Shown here piece by piece: positions 1 to 13,450 of a DNA stretch of 64,000 nt. Within the stretch, counting starts at the first letter, position 1, and every line of letters begins with the position of its first letter. The stretch comes from Sphagnum compactum (Eukaryota). The notes under the pieces are model-generated. The model had not been told where the DNA came from and ran no database searches. It worked only from the letters and a program-made list of their open reading frames with translations. The DNA lies in NCBI GenBank assembly GCA_965153455.1, contig OZ234493.1, forward strand, positions 27,394,213 through 27,458,212, written 5' to 3'. A program made the position numbers and the translations under genes.

Positions 1-3000
1 AGCCCAAGCCATTTCAATGACTAGTTGTACCCTTCGATAGAGCTAGAAATTAATTTAAAGAAATCCTAGTTGATTATTGGTAGCAAAGTGGATGCCTAGG
101 TATAGGGATTTCTTGAACTGGCTTCCAACACCACGATGCAAGGAAAATCATCTCTACATAGCACTAGTGAATATCTGTGTTCACTCTAGTTACGCGCCTC
201 ACAAATAAGATCTTTGGAAGTTTTAGAACCTTCCAAATAGATGCGCATCAAACCTTAATTTATTCTTGGACTATTTTCCTTGATATTTGATTGTCCTCTT
301 GTCACTCTCTTTTCTTTTCTTTCTTTCGAACACAAAAAAAATAAAATCAAAACTCATGATATTCAAGGCTCTTTATTAGTTTTTCCACAAGATCACTTCC
401 CTTTAATGTCTTGCAACAATAACTCCAAAACACTTTGTGCCTGAAAGCCTAAAAACTAGCCATTCTATGAAAAATAGTTTAATTTGCAGACATTTTTTTC
501 AACAGAAAACTACCCAAAATTGTCATCGACCAATAAGTAGCACAAATTTTAATTAACACGAGTAAAGATTTCAATTTAGTTCTTTCTTCATAGTTGCCAT
601 ATCAACATTCCTTAGTAACTCAAGGCAAATGGAAAAGATTTTTTAAATTTCAACTTTGATTCTTAATGTAAAGCCCTTGGGGCTTATTTCAACTTTTGCA
701 CGAATAGGAATGTTTGATTTGAATTGAACACTGGTCTTGATTCTTAATGTAAAATGGGCCTTAAATGTTGATGTTAATAACTTTGTTACTTTGATTGTGC
801 TAATTTTAATGTATGGGTCGGTCCTATGATGTCATTAAAAAATGTTTGGTCCATTCTGATCTTGTTTATCCATCTAATGTTGCAACCTTGCCTTGGGCTT
901 ACAACCAAGGATGGGGCAACACAAAAACAAAAAGATTCAATAACAAATTAAAAAAACTTGAACACATTTGGGGGATTGAAAAGGAAGTATTTTTAGGATT
1001 TTCACTTGATGAATTCCCATTTAAAAAGTTGGGAGTTCTATAGAGTTCCAAATTTTTGGGACAAAAGTGTAACAAGGTAAACCTTATCCAACTCACAAAT
1101 TATATCATTGGAAAATTTTCAAATCATAGCTATCAAATGTGAACTTGCATTTTCCATTTGAAACTAATATTTATGAATTGTGGCCAAAAAACATTTGAGA
1201 GTGAAATTGATAATTTGATTCCTAATCATAAAAATCCAACAAAAAAGATGAATTGACCTTTGATGAAAGTGTATGACATGATGTTGAAAAGATCTTGATG
1301 AAAATTACAATGTTTTAGTCAAAAAAATTTCAATCAAATCTCATGTGAGAAAATTATGAACTTGCAAATGTGCATGACCCATAATTTGAATTTTTCAAGA
1401 CTCTCATTTCGGAGTTATGGACAAAATAGTCGTTTCAATGTAATTTCCATGGAAAGGTTTGAAGTGTATTATAGGGAGGAGGGTGGTGGATTTTTCTTAA
1501 GTCCAAGCCATGTAAATATAGTGAATCCAAAAGCAAATTCGCAACCCAAAATTGGTTTCATTTGCACTAACCACTTACATTCTCTGGTTTGTGCATGTGA
1601 CTTGTTTGTGAGGCGCCCATGATTGTCACGTCATCCTAGTCCCATCCCAAAGCCTCCACATGCCTTTCTTACCCCCCAAGTGCACAAAACTAGGGAGCAC
1701 ACCTTGGTTTACATTTCGTTACACTTTGGCAATCAACAAAATGTTTACCCTTGATATTATTTGACAAGCCTAAGCACATGTCATTTAAATATTTGACTAT
1801 CATGTTCACATAATTTGATTTTAAATTTTCATAATGTTTTCGAACATAATAAATGTTGGATCTTTTGTGAAGATTTCCAATTTTGATGTCATGTTTAAAA
1901 ACATATTTGAAAAAGGTGAATAGGTAGATGTTTGTTTTGAGAATGGGGGACATTGTAACAAAAACATGTCTTTCATATTACCCTTAACATTGTAATTACA
2001 AGGACTAATATGGTAGGCTAAAATATATTTTGGCAATTTGATGCCTATTTAATAAAATTTTCCTAAAATTTTGGCATAATCATTATGAAACTATTAAGGT
2101 GTGCATTTTATTTATTAAGTAAACCTTAATAATTTCCCAAAATTCTTTAATTATTTAGTGTCGAACTTGTTAAGTTGCTATTTTAATGGGACTGATCTAT
2201 TTGTCCCAAATGCATAAGGGGGTATTTGTTCTTCCCCCTTCTCAAAAATAAAATACATTTGATATGATTAGGATAATTTTTAAAAATCATATAGGACATT
2301 ACCATTTACATGTGGCATGTGTGGTGCTTAGTGCTTAATGGTGCATGTTGATGATTTATGTATTCATGTTTACACATGAACTCCATGCCTAAACAACCTC
2401 CATGCCTAAGACAAGGAGGCTTACATGCCTAAGGGACTACACATTTACATGCATAAGGTTTACACAATTAAATGCCTAGGCCCACATTTTACATTGTATG
2501 TTGAATAAATGTGATTATGATAATATGATCAAATTTTTAAATGTTTTTAAATAATAATAAACACCGTGATACATATGTTAAATAAAAAATCTTTAGATGG
2601 AACATGGAATTAAATAACAATTTGATGAAATATAAAAGAATGCATCTTGAATGGACATTGCAAAAGATTGCATTGATCTATCTTGAAAATTTTCCAAATA
2701 TGATTTTGGCTATATTATTTTAGTGAAACGAATTTGAAATATCCAGTGTTTAAAACATGTGAAAATAATAGTAAGATCATTATTGATAGAGAGGAATGAA
2801 TTTTTTTTAAAAAGTGTTAAAGAAGCCTTATAGTATGCATAAATTCTTATTTGTTTTCAAAAGAAGAAATAAGAAATATTGTTGTAATAAAATCAAATTT
2901 AAGTTTTGTTAAACTCAATGGAAATATAAAATATAAAATTGAAGGTAAATACATTATTAAATATTTAAAAAAGATCTTGGACATTGCTAAACACTCTTGT

Positions 3001-3222
3001 TAATGTTGCCAAAGTTTATGTTTTGCTTTTCAAATTCAACATGTGTCTAAATTATATGTAATTTTTTCCTTGATGTTCTAAAAATATGGTTTTATAAACC
3101 CATGTCAATATTTGTAAGTCTTATCAAAAGGAAAATGATTTTTAAAAGTACAAGATCATAAATTATTTGTACAAAATTATATATATTATTTGCATTAATG
3201 TTTAATAAGGTAGGATAATAGT

Positions 3223-3361
3223 TAATAACACCATATCTTGCATTTGCACAATTTTTTAATTAAAGGGATATGGATAGTATGGGATATTGCATAGGATCAT
3301 TGTAAATGTTCCAACAAATTTAGATATTGTGCAAAACACACTACCACACATGCCATTTGAT
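3223..3361 (+). mobile_element. Decayed Helitron-like Rep/helicase fragment (DUF6570-like segment) within a very AT-rich tract (~1950-5600)
   Basis: Manual translation with one frameshift and a stop gives LITPYLAFAQFF/xLKGYG*YGILHRIIVNVPTNLDIVQNTLPHMPFD, resembling the 'IVNVP...VQ..LPR' segment N-terminal of Helitron Rep domains. No intact ORF; element ends not defined. Confidence 0.5.
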
Positions 3362-6300
3362 ATAACGATATATACTTATAAATGATTAACTTTTATCATC
3401 CACGGTTAGATTATTCATTTGTTCATAGTAGAAAATAACATATGTGTAATTAACTCTCATTAAAAGAAAATTTTCTTATTAAAAATTTAGCATTTAAAAA
3501 AAAAGAAATACTTGAGTCATGTTATTTTCTTTTACATCGATTTTTATTTGAAAAACCAATTTATTAAATCATGATTTCATAATATTGATGTATCAAATGA
3601 TGATGTTTTAAATTAAAAATAATGAAATATAATATAGGATACAAAAAATTTAGGCGAATCAATACATTTCTAGATTATTTGATCAATGGTTATAAAACAC
3701 GGTTGCAATTATTAAAAAGTTGAGTCCACCAACATTTTTCATAAAATTTATGACTACAAGTATTAATAATTCTTTGATACTTGTAGATACACTTAAAAAG
3801 TTGTATTAGACACATAACATTGAAAATGAAATGAGAAAAATAAAACATGCACCAAACACTAGAAACCTTGTTTAAGACAATTAGGTGTTGTATATGCACA
3901 TTATTATGAACATGAATCCTACATTGTTACTTGTTCAATTTTGTGCACTAAAATACAATACTTAAACAACGATGTATGTTCTTGTAGACAATCACACCCA
4001 ACCCATCACAAATACCATTTTATGATATAAAATCATCCAATATTCATTTGTGTTCACAAAATATGAAAATAATAACAACAAATGAAATCATCATTACATG
4101 CCTCATAAAAGTGTTATAATTCAAAGAAAAAAATTACATAATAAACATACAACATCATATTAGTTTTACACACTTATGAAATATATATAAAACACACATC
4201 TTCTTAAATTCTCTTTAAAAATACTTTATTTATGATGAACAAATAAACAAAAATTTGAATAATTACATTTATCTTTTTATTTAAAACTTATTTTTAAATC
4301 TTTACATATTTTTTGGATAGATAACAATTTGAAAATCGGACTAGATAAATTCAACCTAAAATTGATATATTAAAAGTTCAATAAACATTAACTTCATCCA
4401 TAATAATGACAGTAACAAAAAAACACAAATAATAACATTATTTCACAAAACAAATCGAAGATGAAATGACTTCAAAACACAATGTGAATTTCAAAAGAAA
4501 TTGAAAAATCAGCATTTGTAATCCATGCATTACACGTTAAAAAAAAAAAAACACACTTGTTAACAATAATGAATAATCACATGTCTTCTGATTTTAAAAA
4601 AACACGGTTACCAAAAAATTCTAAAATATAAAAATATAGTATGCCCAAAGTCCTACCCACTTATTTTGTTATGAAAATGATATAAAACTAACAAAAAATT
4701 TATCTTTTATCATACATAATTTTTGTAATTACTAATTATTCATGATTGATTACTATTATGAATAAAACTAATAACTATTCATTCCTAATTGCAATTAGTC
4801 AAAATGTTATCAACAAAGTGCTCAAGCTCAAAATAAAATGTGAAAATGAGAATAGAAGTTTATATACCTTTTCATAAATAATGAATATACAAATTGAAAT
4901 ATAAATAACAAATGCTCCATAATAAACCCTACATCTATCACCAATTTTTCCAATAAACAAAGATAAATCATGATTAAAATGAAAAACTTTTACAACAAAT
5001 AAAGATTTCACAACAAATTGTTTTCACGAGAATTCAAAAAGTTTCCGTCCAATTAAAAAAATGCTAAAAATATTTACATGATTTTTTTGGGTAAAAATGA
5101 CAACCCAAATTTTTTATAAATAATTCAAATAAAATCATATAAATGAAATCAAAACTAACTTCATACATAATGACAACAACCCCCCAAAAACCATTATTCA
5201 AAAATGAAATGACAAGCAAAGACAAAACAATCTCAATATATAAGTACTTAAGTTTGAACAAATTCAAAAAAAATTGAACATTTGTCATCTAGACGCATTA
5301 AGCATAAAAATAACTTAGAAAACACTTGTGAGAAATATAATATCTTTTCTAAAAATGAACATTCAAATACCTTATTTAAACAATACATGAAAAAAATCCA
5401 AAATATAAAACATAGCATGCACACAATCTCAAATTCTAAACATTAACATAACAAAATTATACAAAAAACCCTAAATACCCTAGATATACCTTAAACCTTA
5501 TTTTCAAAAACCCTAGCAACACAACTAAAACAAGGAGACAATATGATTCAATCCAAGCACACAAAAGAATGATTGAAACAAATACACACCACATTTTTAT
5601 ACAACACAATGGTCAAGAAACTTTTTTAAAATCAAACATTTCCAATACAAAGTTACTACACATGTTAATAACATACTTCTTTTTTCTCTTTTTGGAAGCG
5701 CAATGGTAGACTCATAATAACACACTTTTGTGTTGTCACATTATCACATAACACAAAGATGTCATCGATGAGGAGGTTTTCGAGTTTTCTATAGGGAGAA
5801 GACAAATACCTTAACCAAGGTTCCTAAAGAAGAGACTCTTCACCAAAAGGTTATTGCCCCCTTTGCAATTGTGGGCTTTACATAAATCAAAGCAATGAAA
5901 TTTTAGGATGATGCATGGCAATTGTGAAGGGGTGAGGTGATTGGGCAATGAGGTGTGGCCATGTATCCACGTAGATGTGAGGGGGCCAACAAAATTTGCA
6001 CGTTTTTCACATTATTATGTTCTCCAAAAATAGAATAAATAAATAAATAAATAGAATAATCTCCTAACAACAACAACAACATTTTACATCTACTAAACAC
6101 ATGATGGGGAGGGCCCTTGTGTCTTTTGGCACCTTGTTAAGTAAACATGAATGAATGACTCATCCCCCTTTATCACAAAGGAAAACTCTATGTTGACCTC
6201 TTTGAAGTTATAAAATTAGGGTTTTGAGAAAGTTTAGGGTTGATGGGGACCATTTGTTTACTGGCTCTAAATGGGGCATAGGGGGGTAGCTATGCCCCCA

Positions 6301-6847
6301 TAAAAGCGAGCTATGGCTCAATTGTAGATGAACCGCACCTGAGTTGAACCATCAACTTTCACATTAGGCCCACTTATACACACGGAGTCACGGCCAAGGT
6401 TCAACTCAAATCAAGCATTCCTATTGGTGCAAAAGTTGAAATCATCCCCAAGGGTTTTTACATTAGGAATCAAGGCTGAAATACAAAAAAATCTTTTCAA
6501 TCTGCCCCAAGTTACCAATAAATGCTGAACTTTACGGCCTTGCCTTGGCCCCAAGGCTTTGAAAAAAAAAAAAAGGAATTTGGGAAGCCAATTTGCAACC
6601 CTTGGGGCCAATGTTCTAGCATTTATTAATTAATATTCTCATGTCAAGGTTCTGGCATTTATTAGTAATTTTGGGCCCAAACAACAAGCCAAAAATGCTC
6701 AAAGTTGGCTCCGAGTCTTTTCAGCCCTTAGATTCATAGTCTAAACCAGGCCTTACGGTGCATTCACACTTGATGTTAAATGGTCAGTGTTAAATGAAAA
6801 TCTAGGTGGCATCCTAGGTGGCACCCAATGTTAAATGAGCAATAGCT

Positions 6848-7060
6848 TAATGTTAAGTGAATGTTAACTTAACATAAAATGTTCATGGTAAGTAGGTGTA
6901 GGTCCTAAATGACCAAGCTAATGTTAAGTGAATGTTAACTTAACATAAAATGTTCATGGTAAGTAGGTGTAGGTCCTAAATGACCAAGCTAATGTTAAGT
7001 GAATGTTAACTTAACTTAAAATGGTCATGGTAAGTAGGTGTAGGTCCTAAATGACTAGCT
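6848..7060. repeat. Tandem repeat, 71-bp unit x3
   Basis: Unit TAATGTTAAGTGAATGTTAACTTAACATAAAATGTTCATGGTAAGTAGGTGTAGGTCCTAAATGACCAAGC starts at 6848, 6919 and 6990; copies nearly identical. Confidence 0.95.
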
Positions 7061-7722
7061 TGGTGTTATGGGACTCAACATTAGAGTCAAATTTTTAATT
7101 GTCCAGAACCGTGGTTATATACCAAAACCGGGTCTTGGATTTGTTTGATAACCGCAGTTATGAACCCTACTAAGAACCACCCTGATAACTGTTTAGGGTC
7201 TGTCGTCTGTTCCTGTTTCTAATAACCGCCCAACACTGCTTAATGGAGGCTCAGGCTTGGTTCTAGGGTATAATAGGGTATGTAAGCTTGGTTCTAGGGT
7301 ATCTACTGGTGTTGATCTGGTATGTAGGCTTGTGTCTGGTATAACACCAGGACAATTTTTTACAAATTTTTAATAATATTTTTTGGGTAAATTTTTCCAA
7401 AGATTTGGCAAAATGATTCAATTTTGTGTTACTAGAAAACATAAATTACCAGAAAACTTCCAAAATCTTTTTTTTTTAAATGATAAAATCTGTTGAGAAA
7501 AATCCTTGATCAACACTGGTAGCAAAGACCTTACCAGTCTGGTATGAGCTGATGCAATACCAGATTTATCCTAATATTACCCATGCAGGGAGGTGAGGTA
7601 ATACCCGCCTTGTACAAGTCTAATATAGTCTCAATATCAGGTATATATATCTGCTAAAAATCCAGACTTGGACCCAATACCAAGACCCAAGGTGGCCTGA
7701 AAGTTTTTAAAAAAGTACCCAA

Positions 7723-10700
7723 TAGAGTTATCCATAAAGTTAAGAAAAACACAGCACCAGAACCCTGAGTTTGGTCATACACAGGGTGAGATTAAAAAGA
7801 AACCTGCCAAAAACTACGTTAGCATTCTATAGGGGATGAAACTCACAAAACCATCAATTTTGGTGGTAAACTGAAGTTTCATCCTGTCTTTCCTTTTTCC
7901 TGAGCGCCTCCAGTGCTGCTACATATATTTTCACCCTGATGTTATTTCAGCGACAAGTCATAAATAAATGTGTTGCTGGCTTTGAGGCGGGTCGGCATGA
8001 GTTTTCACGCATGACCAGCACAGGCCTCAGAGCAAACTGACACGAAAACATTTTGTGTGTCGGTGGCAGCCTGGTGTTCATTTCGACTGGTTGGAAACCG
8101 TGTGCCACGAAGTATGAGCCTTGAAACTTGAACCTCAAAACCTACCACCCATTGAAACATGTCAAGTTTCAGCAGGCAGCCCGATGTGCCTTTCAATGCC
8201 CGGGCAGCCCAAGCCCTCGAAGCATATCCCAGCAAAATATGTAACGTTTCAAGAGTTATGTTTTGGCCCCATCCACCCATCTTCCATGTTCCCTCATGCG
8301 ATCCCTATTCATGCCCCATGACCCATCCATGACACTTTAAACCTTTTTCAACTTTCCCATGCTTCATCTTTCACTGAACTACTATGTCAAGACAATTAAT
8401 GAAAGTAATGGAATAGGTTTAAAAATTTAGATAGGAATTGCTTACAAGTGGGATGCATCGCATGTCAATTGTCATAACAAATGAACCATCGCACCCAAGT
8501 TTTGGTTCAATTAGGGTTTAGTTCCTTGGATTTCTTACAACTACGAGCTGTTTTTCTTCCTCCAATTCAAGCGTAAGGCGATCCAGGTCTTCCATTGTTC
8601 TTAACACAAAAATCAAATTAGTCCTGATAAAAGAGAGGAAAATGGAAAGCGAAACAATGGACATGATAGTAGAAGATGTGAAAATATACAAAACAATTTT
8701 TTTGGAGGTACATTTGCAAGGAGTGGTTGTGAATATTTAAGGAATGCCGTAGTCATTGCCAAAAGGACAAGAAGGAATTTATTTGTGTTTTTTGTCACTA
8801 CAAGAAGAACTCAAAGATGAGGATCAATGAACATTGAAAAAGGGGTGTGACAAGTTATGGATTCCGAAGGGAATCCTCTCAAACTGAAGTTGTACCCACC
8901 ATTAAACAAAACCCCTCGGAAGGTGTGTATATTGCGGAGGGTGGAAACATTCTGGAATATAAATCAAAGGTGAATGCATTGTCAAAGCCAAGGAGCAGTC
9001 GCCCTTCAATTACATTAGCTTTACAACTAGTACGAATGTATGAACACAAGTGCAAGAAGGTGAAAACTTCGCCCTTAGAGATTCACGACGAAGTTTAAGA
9101 GGATTTTGTTATTGTTTGTAAAAAACGCTTCACAAAACATGGAGGTTAAACAATCAAACGAGTTTCGAAGCCAGAGAGGATTATCGAATGCCCCGATTCG
9201 CCGAAACCTATCACTTGGAAGAAATCGTAACATAGTGGTATTGGATCACACCTTTTTTATTTGAATATGCAACATTATATTGTTTTCTTAAATTTCAACA
9301 ATATTCAATTAACAATTGCAAAACGCTTGCAAAATACTAGTTTAATTTTTAGTGTTCAATTGAAAAGCAACCTGTATCAGTTCATGTGAAACATGTTTCG
9401 ACATACATTTTTTTGTCCCCAAAATTCCACAAGTTTCAGACTCCTCCAAAAAAATCATGTTTTAGTCATGTTACAGCATTCTATCAGTTCCAAATAAACA
9501 TGTTACAATATCAATAAGTAAATTTATGTTTTGATGGCAAATTATAGAATTCGTCAATGATTATCATGTTTCGAAACATGTCTTTGGAAATTTCATTCCT
9601 TGTTCATGGACGAGATCATGTTCAACTTTCACAGTCAACAAACCTAAAGTGAAAGTTGACGATTTTTGATAGCCATGTTTTGGTAGGTTTTAATTGGCGT
9701 GTTTCTATGGTATAATATATTTCATCTTTGAATGCATTTACCTTCCAAGGTCTATAAATTCATATCACATACTGAAGAGTGAAAAGTTGAAACAGATAGG
9801 TGTTTCGGATAAAGCCTCACCATTAGGAAATATGGGTACCAATCTAGAAGAGTTACATACCCCAAAATCAACTCCCAAAAACTAGGAGACGGTGGGGACA
9901 AGAAGAAGAAATTAGAACTTGATAAGATGTTATATGAAAACAAGGCTTGGTGAGAGGTTGATATAATGTTTTGGGAACTTTCAAAACGAAAACCAGTGTT
10001 TGTTGGGAAAATCGTAAAAACACCGAGCATTTGGCATAACTACAGTGCAATATTTTTTGATTGGGATTGGAAAGTGCAAAATAAAGAAGAATTTGCAAAG
10101 AGTTTCGATACCTTTGAGCAGGATCCAAACTTCAACATTGTTTCCTACTACGCATTCGAAAAGTTCATGTGAGTAAACAAAGTGGTACTCAATTACTTTT
10201 ACCATATTGATCCATTACAACACATTCACAAGTACATTTTATTTTAAACATATGCATTCATAATCACATCAATCACTTACTTCAGCTTTCATTCCATATC
10301 TATGTTTCTATACATATGCATGTTTGAAATTTTCCATCATTGGTGTTTCAACATCACTTAAGGTTAAAGATTCGTGTCCAATACATTCATTTAAGTTTTG
10401 TTCACATTCACATGTTTTTTATGTTTGTTTTATTCTTTTCCATTGTTAAATTTTCAAAAGGTGCCATCATAGATGTTTCAATTCCCGAAAACATAGGTTA
10501 CAATGGTTTATGTTTCAAGTGGATTTCAGTGGTCGAATTAGGTTTCAATGGTTTATGTTTCATTTGAATTCTAGTGGTTTATGTTTTAATGGGTTGTATC
10601 ATGCATTTCAAGTTGAAACGTGGGTGGGCTTAAGGTGGTGTGCGCACAATGACCTTTGCAAACTAAACGCAGTCTATTATGAGACGATTAGCTATATTTC

Positions 10701-11558
10701 GAAGATTACTGTATCATGACATGGTAATTAGTTTTTAAGACTGTTCATGTGCAACATTGCTGTGCTTCGGATGAAAAAATGAAAGTGAAGAAAACTGCAG
10801 ATAAAACATGATGAGTGAACTAGTGTGAGTGAAAAGATAGAACTTCCCTAGCGCCGCCATGACCTCTTTTTGTTATCAAAACCTTAATAAATCTTTGGCA
10901 AGGGAATGTTAATGAAGATGTCAAAGTTCGATAGAAAAATACACGAGGTTGATGTGAAGATGAAAAAGGTCTAAAACGTCATGGATGGGTCATGAGGCAT
11001 GGATGGGGATCACATGCTGGGATATGGAAGCTGGACGGATGGGGCCAAAACATAGCTCCCAAAATGTTACATGTTTCGGTGGGATATGTTTCTAGGGCTC
11101 AGGCTGACCATGCATTGAAACGCGCATCAAATCGCTTGACGAAACTTGACATGTTTTAGTGGGTGGTAGGTTTCAAGGTTCAAGTTTTGAGGTTCATGTT
11201 TTGTGGTGCGTGGTTTTCAACTGGCCAAATTGAGCGCTAGGCCGCCATCGAAATATGACATGTTTTTGTGTCAGTTTGTTCCGAGGCCCGTGCTATTCAT
11301 GCATGGAAACTCGCACAAGGCCACTTCAAAGTGAGTGACGCATATATGACTTGTCGCTGAAATAACGTTCGGGTATATTTTCACAGCTCCTAATTGTACA
11401 ACTACTATAATTAGTCTTGAACCTTGTGCATTAAATGCTGAGTATCAGCATTTCATAGTGAGATTTATTAAAATGTCTTTACTTTGCGGATACCACTAAA
11501 AGAGGGGAAAGGGGGTGAAAGGAGGCCCAAAGACATGGTTATTTTACGGATAACTCTA
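7723..11558. mobile_element. ~390-bp MITE (TIR TAGAGTTATCC(A/G)TAAA) split in two by the 3.44-kb insertion at 7934-11373
   Basis: Left end TAGAGTTATCCATAAAG at 7723; right end TTTTACGGATAACTCTA ending 11558. Joined halves 7723-7933 + 11384-11558 match the reverse complement of the intact copy at 46123-46516. Confidence 0.85.
7934..11373. mobile_element. Non-autonomous long-TIR DNA transposon (Mutator-like by TSD length), 3440 bp
   Basis: Imperfect TIRs of ~415 bp (about 7934-8350 and 10961-11373; CCCTGATGTTATTTCAGCGACAAGTCAT... / ...ATGACTTGTCGCTGAAATAACGTTCGGG). Perfect 10-bp direct repeat TATATTTTCA at 7924-7933 and 11374-11383. No recognisable intact transposase inside. Confidence 0.9.
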
Positions 11559-12729
11559 ATACCACTACCAACCTGGCTATATGGGCCTCTCTGCCAGGTA
11601 TCATCACTGGTAGCAAGGACCCTACCAGTTTTGTATGAGTTGAGGCAATACCAACCTTATAACTGTATTAGCCTGTTAAATAAGTTACCTAGCCTTGTAC
11701 CCATTTTATATCCATCTCAATATGAGGCATATGCCTATTTCAACCCTATTTCCAGCCAAAAATCAGTCTTCAACCTCCCCATACTCGGACCAGACTGGTA
11801 TGAAAGTATTTTGAAAAAATGCCAAATACCCAATAGCATGGTAAGAAAAAGAAAGGAAAAGAATCTGATACAACCACCAAGAAGTGGGTATGTTCAGAAG
11901 TTGATACCCGACCAACACTACTGTGAACCTACCCATGCACTTGTTTTGGGGGGGCAGATTTTCGCACCATGGGCATTTTAGAAAAACATCCGGCACTACA
12001 GGATACAATTCATGCACTGAAGGATGAATGGTAAGTGGTCAAGAAACAATTTTCTGTTGGGTTCCAGTTCCCTAGATAACCATGGTGGTTAGCTTAGTTG
12101 ATTTTTTTTCCCAAAGTAGATAATTAAAAAAAACAGTCCTTACCTATGTATAAACCATCTACTTACCTACCGAGTAGTGGTTACTTATTTTCCTACATAT
12201 CTACCTATATATGAGACCTATTTCTTATATAATTGGTTACCAAGGTCAAACCAATCATTAACTCAATTAAAGTTCATCCACAACTGAGTAATAATGTCCA
12301 TCCAATGGATGGTGCGGGCTCAATCCAAAAGTTGTCTCATTGTTATTTTTCAATCTTAGTTGTGAGATGGGAACTTTTTTAAAAAAAGATGTGGAGATAA
12401 CTACCTACCTACTTATACATACATTTGGCTCAAAAGTGTGTGGCACATGTTGGATTATATTGATACATTTCATTTAAAATGTAAGGTAAATAGAAGGGTT
12501 GCTCAAGTTGATAAGAGCATAAAAAAAGAAAAAAGAAAAAAGAAAAAAATAATCATTCTTTGCATAAGGTCAAGGGATTTTCTTTCAAATTTGTCAAGTA
12601 GGTGGACTTGCTATCATCGAGACAAGAGGAATGAACCAAATTTGGCTAGAGGTCACACATGAGAACTGAAGATGACGAAACCTTGGCAATCATAAATAAA
12701 CCAAATCATCCAAAAAAGAGAGAGAATAC

Positions 12730-12845
12730 AAGAAACAAAATGGAAGGATCCACGTCCAAAAAGACAAAAGAACCACCTAAGAGGGCGAACCACAAGGGGA
12801 ACATCAAGTTCTTGAACCCTTTCCTACCATATCAAATAAGGAAAG
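12730..12845. repeat. Dispersed repeat (possibly a non-LTR retrotransposon 3' fragment); second copy at 63618-63741
   Basis: GAACCACCTAAGAGGGC(G/A)AAC(C/T)ACAAGGGGAACATCAAGTTC...CATATCAAATAAGGAAAG is shared by both sites in the same orientation. The class assignment is a guess. Confidence 0.7.
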
Positions 12846-13077
12846 AGAAGGACCTCTGGCTAGCTTAAAAGAACCCTCACCTACTACTATAGCACATCTC
12901 AAAAGATCGATCACCTATGCACATTGTAATACCGTTGACACCCTTTGCCTATAAAATGCGAATAAAATTATGAGGAATGAACCAAAAAATAAAGTGGCAA
13001 CTTTTGTGTAATTTTTTCATAAAAACCCTTTGTTCAATTTGCAATGGATTAATTTTTTTGTTGTCATGAGAGTGAAA

Positions 13078-13450
13078 ATGGGGCCCAAAAAAAAAAGAAA
13101 AAGAAAAAAAAAAACACTAATTGGGCCTAAGATTTAGGCCTATTGACTTTACAATACTTGACTTCCAAGTTTTTGAAAAACATTACAATATGAGGCCAAG
13201 TTATGACACTAAAATATTAAAATTGGGCCAGAGATTTCTTGAGCTTGGGCCCTAGTGGAAAAGTGTGGGCCTTAAAATTAGTCAAGTTTGGCTAATTCCT
13301 CTTGTGCATGATCACCCAGTGTGACTACATCACAAATTTGAGGGAAAAAATAATCCTGGTAGGTACCTATTATTTACCTACCTACCTAGTGGAGAGCCAA
13401 GAGGGTCCTTAGAGATTTCTTGATCTTGGTCCCTATTGTAAAAGTGGGCC
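13078..13450. promoter_or_regulatory. Cluster of site II-like (TGGGCC/GGCCCA) motifs upstream of the channel gene
   Basis: About six TGGGCC/GGCCCA occurrences near 13081, 13122, 13223, 13246, 13266 and 13445, partly from a local duplication (13231-13280 vs 13412-13458). A CT-rich leader-like tract follows at ~13860. Function not shown. Confidence 0.3.

Noticed and set aside
11484-11981. 165-aa ORF
   Set aside because: Non-ATG start; spans a MITE end and a direct-repeat unit; no protein motifs.
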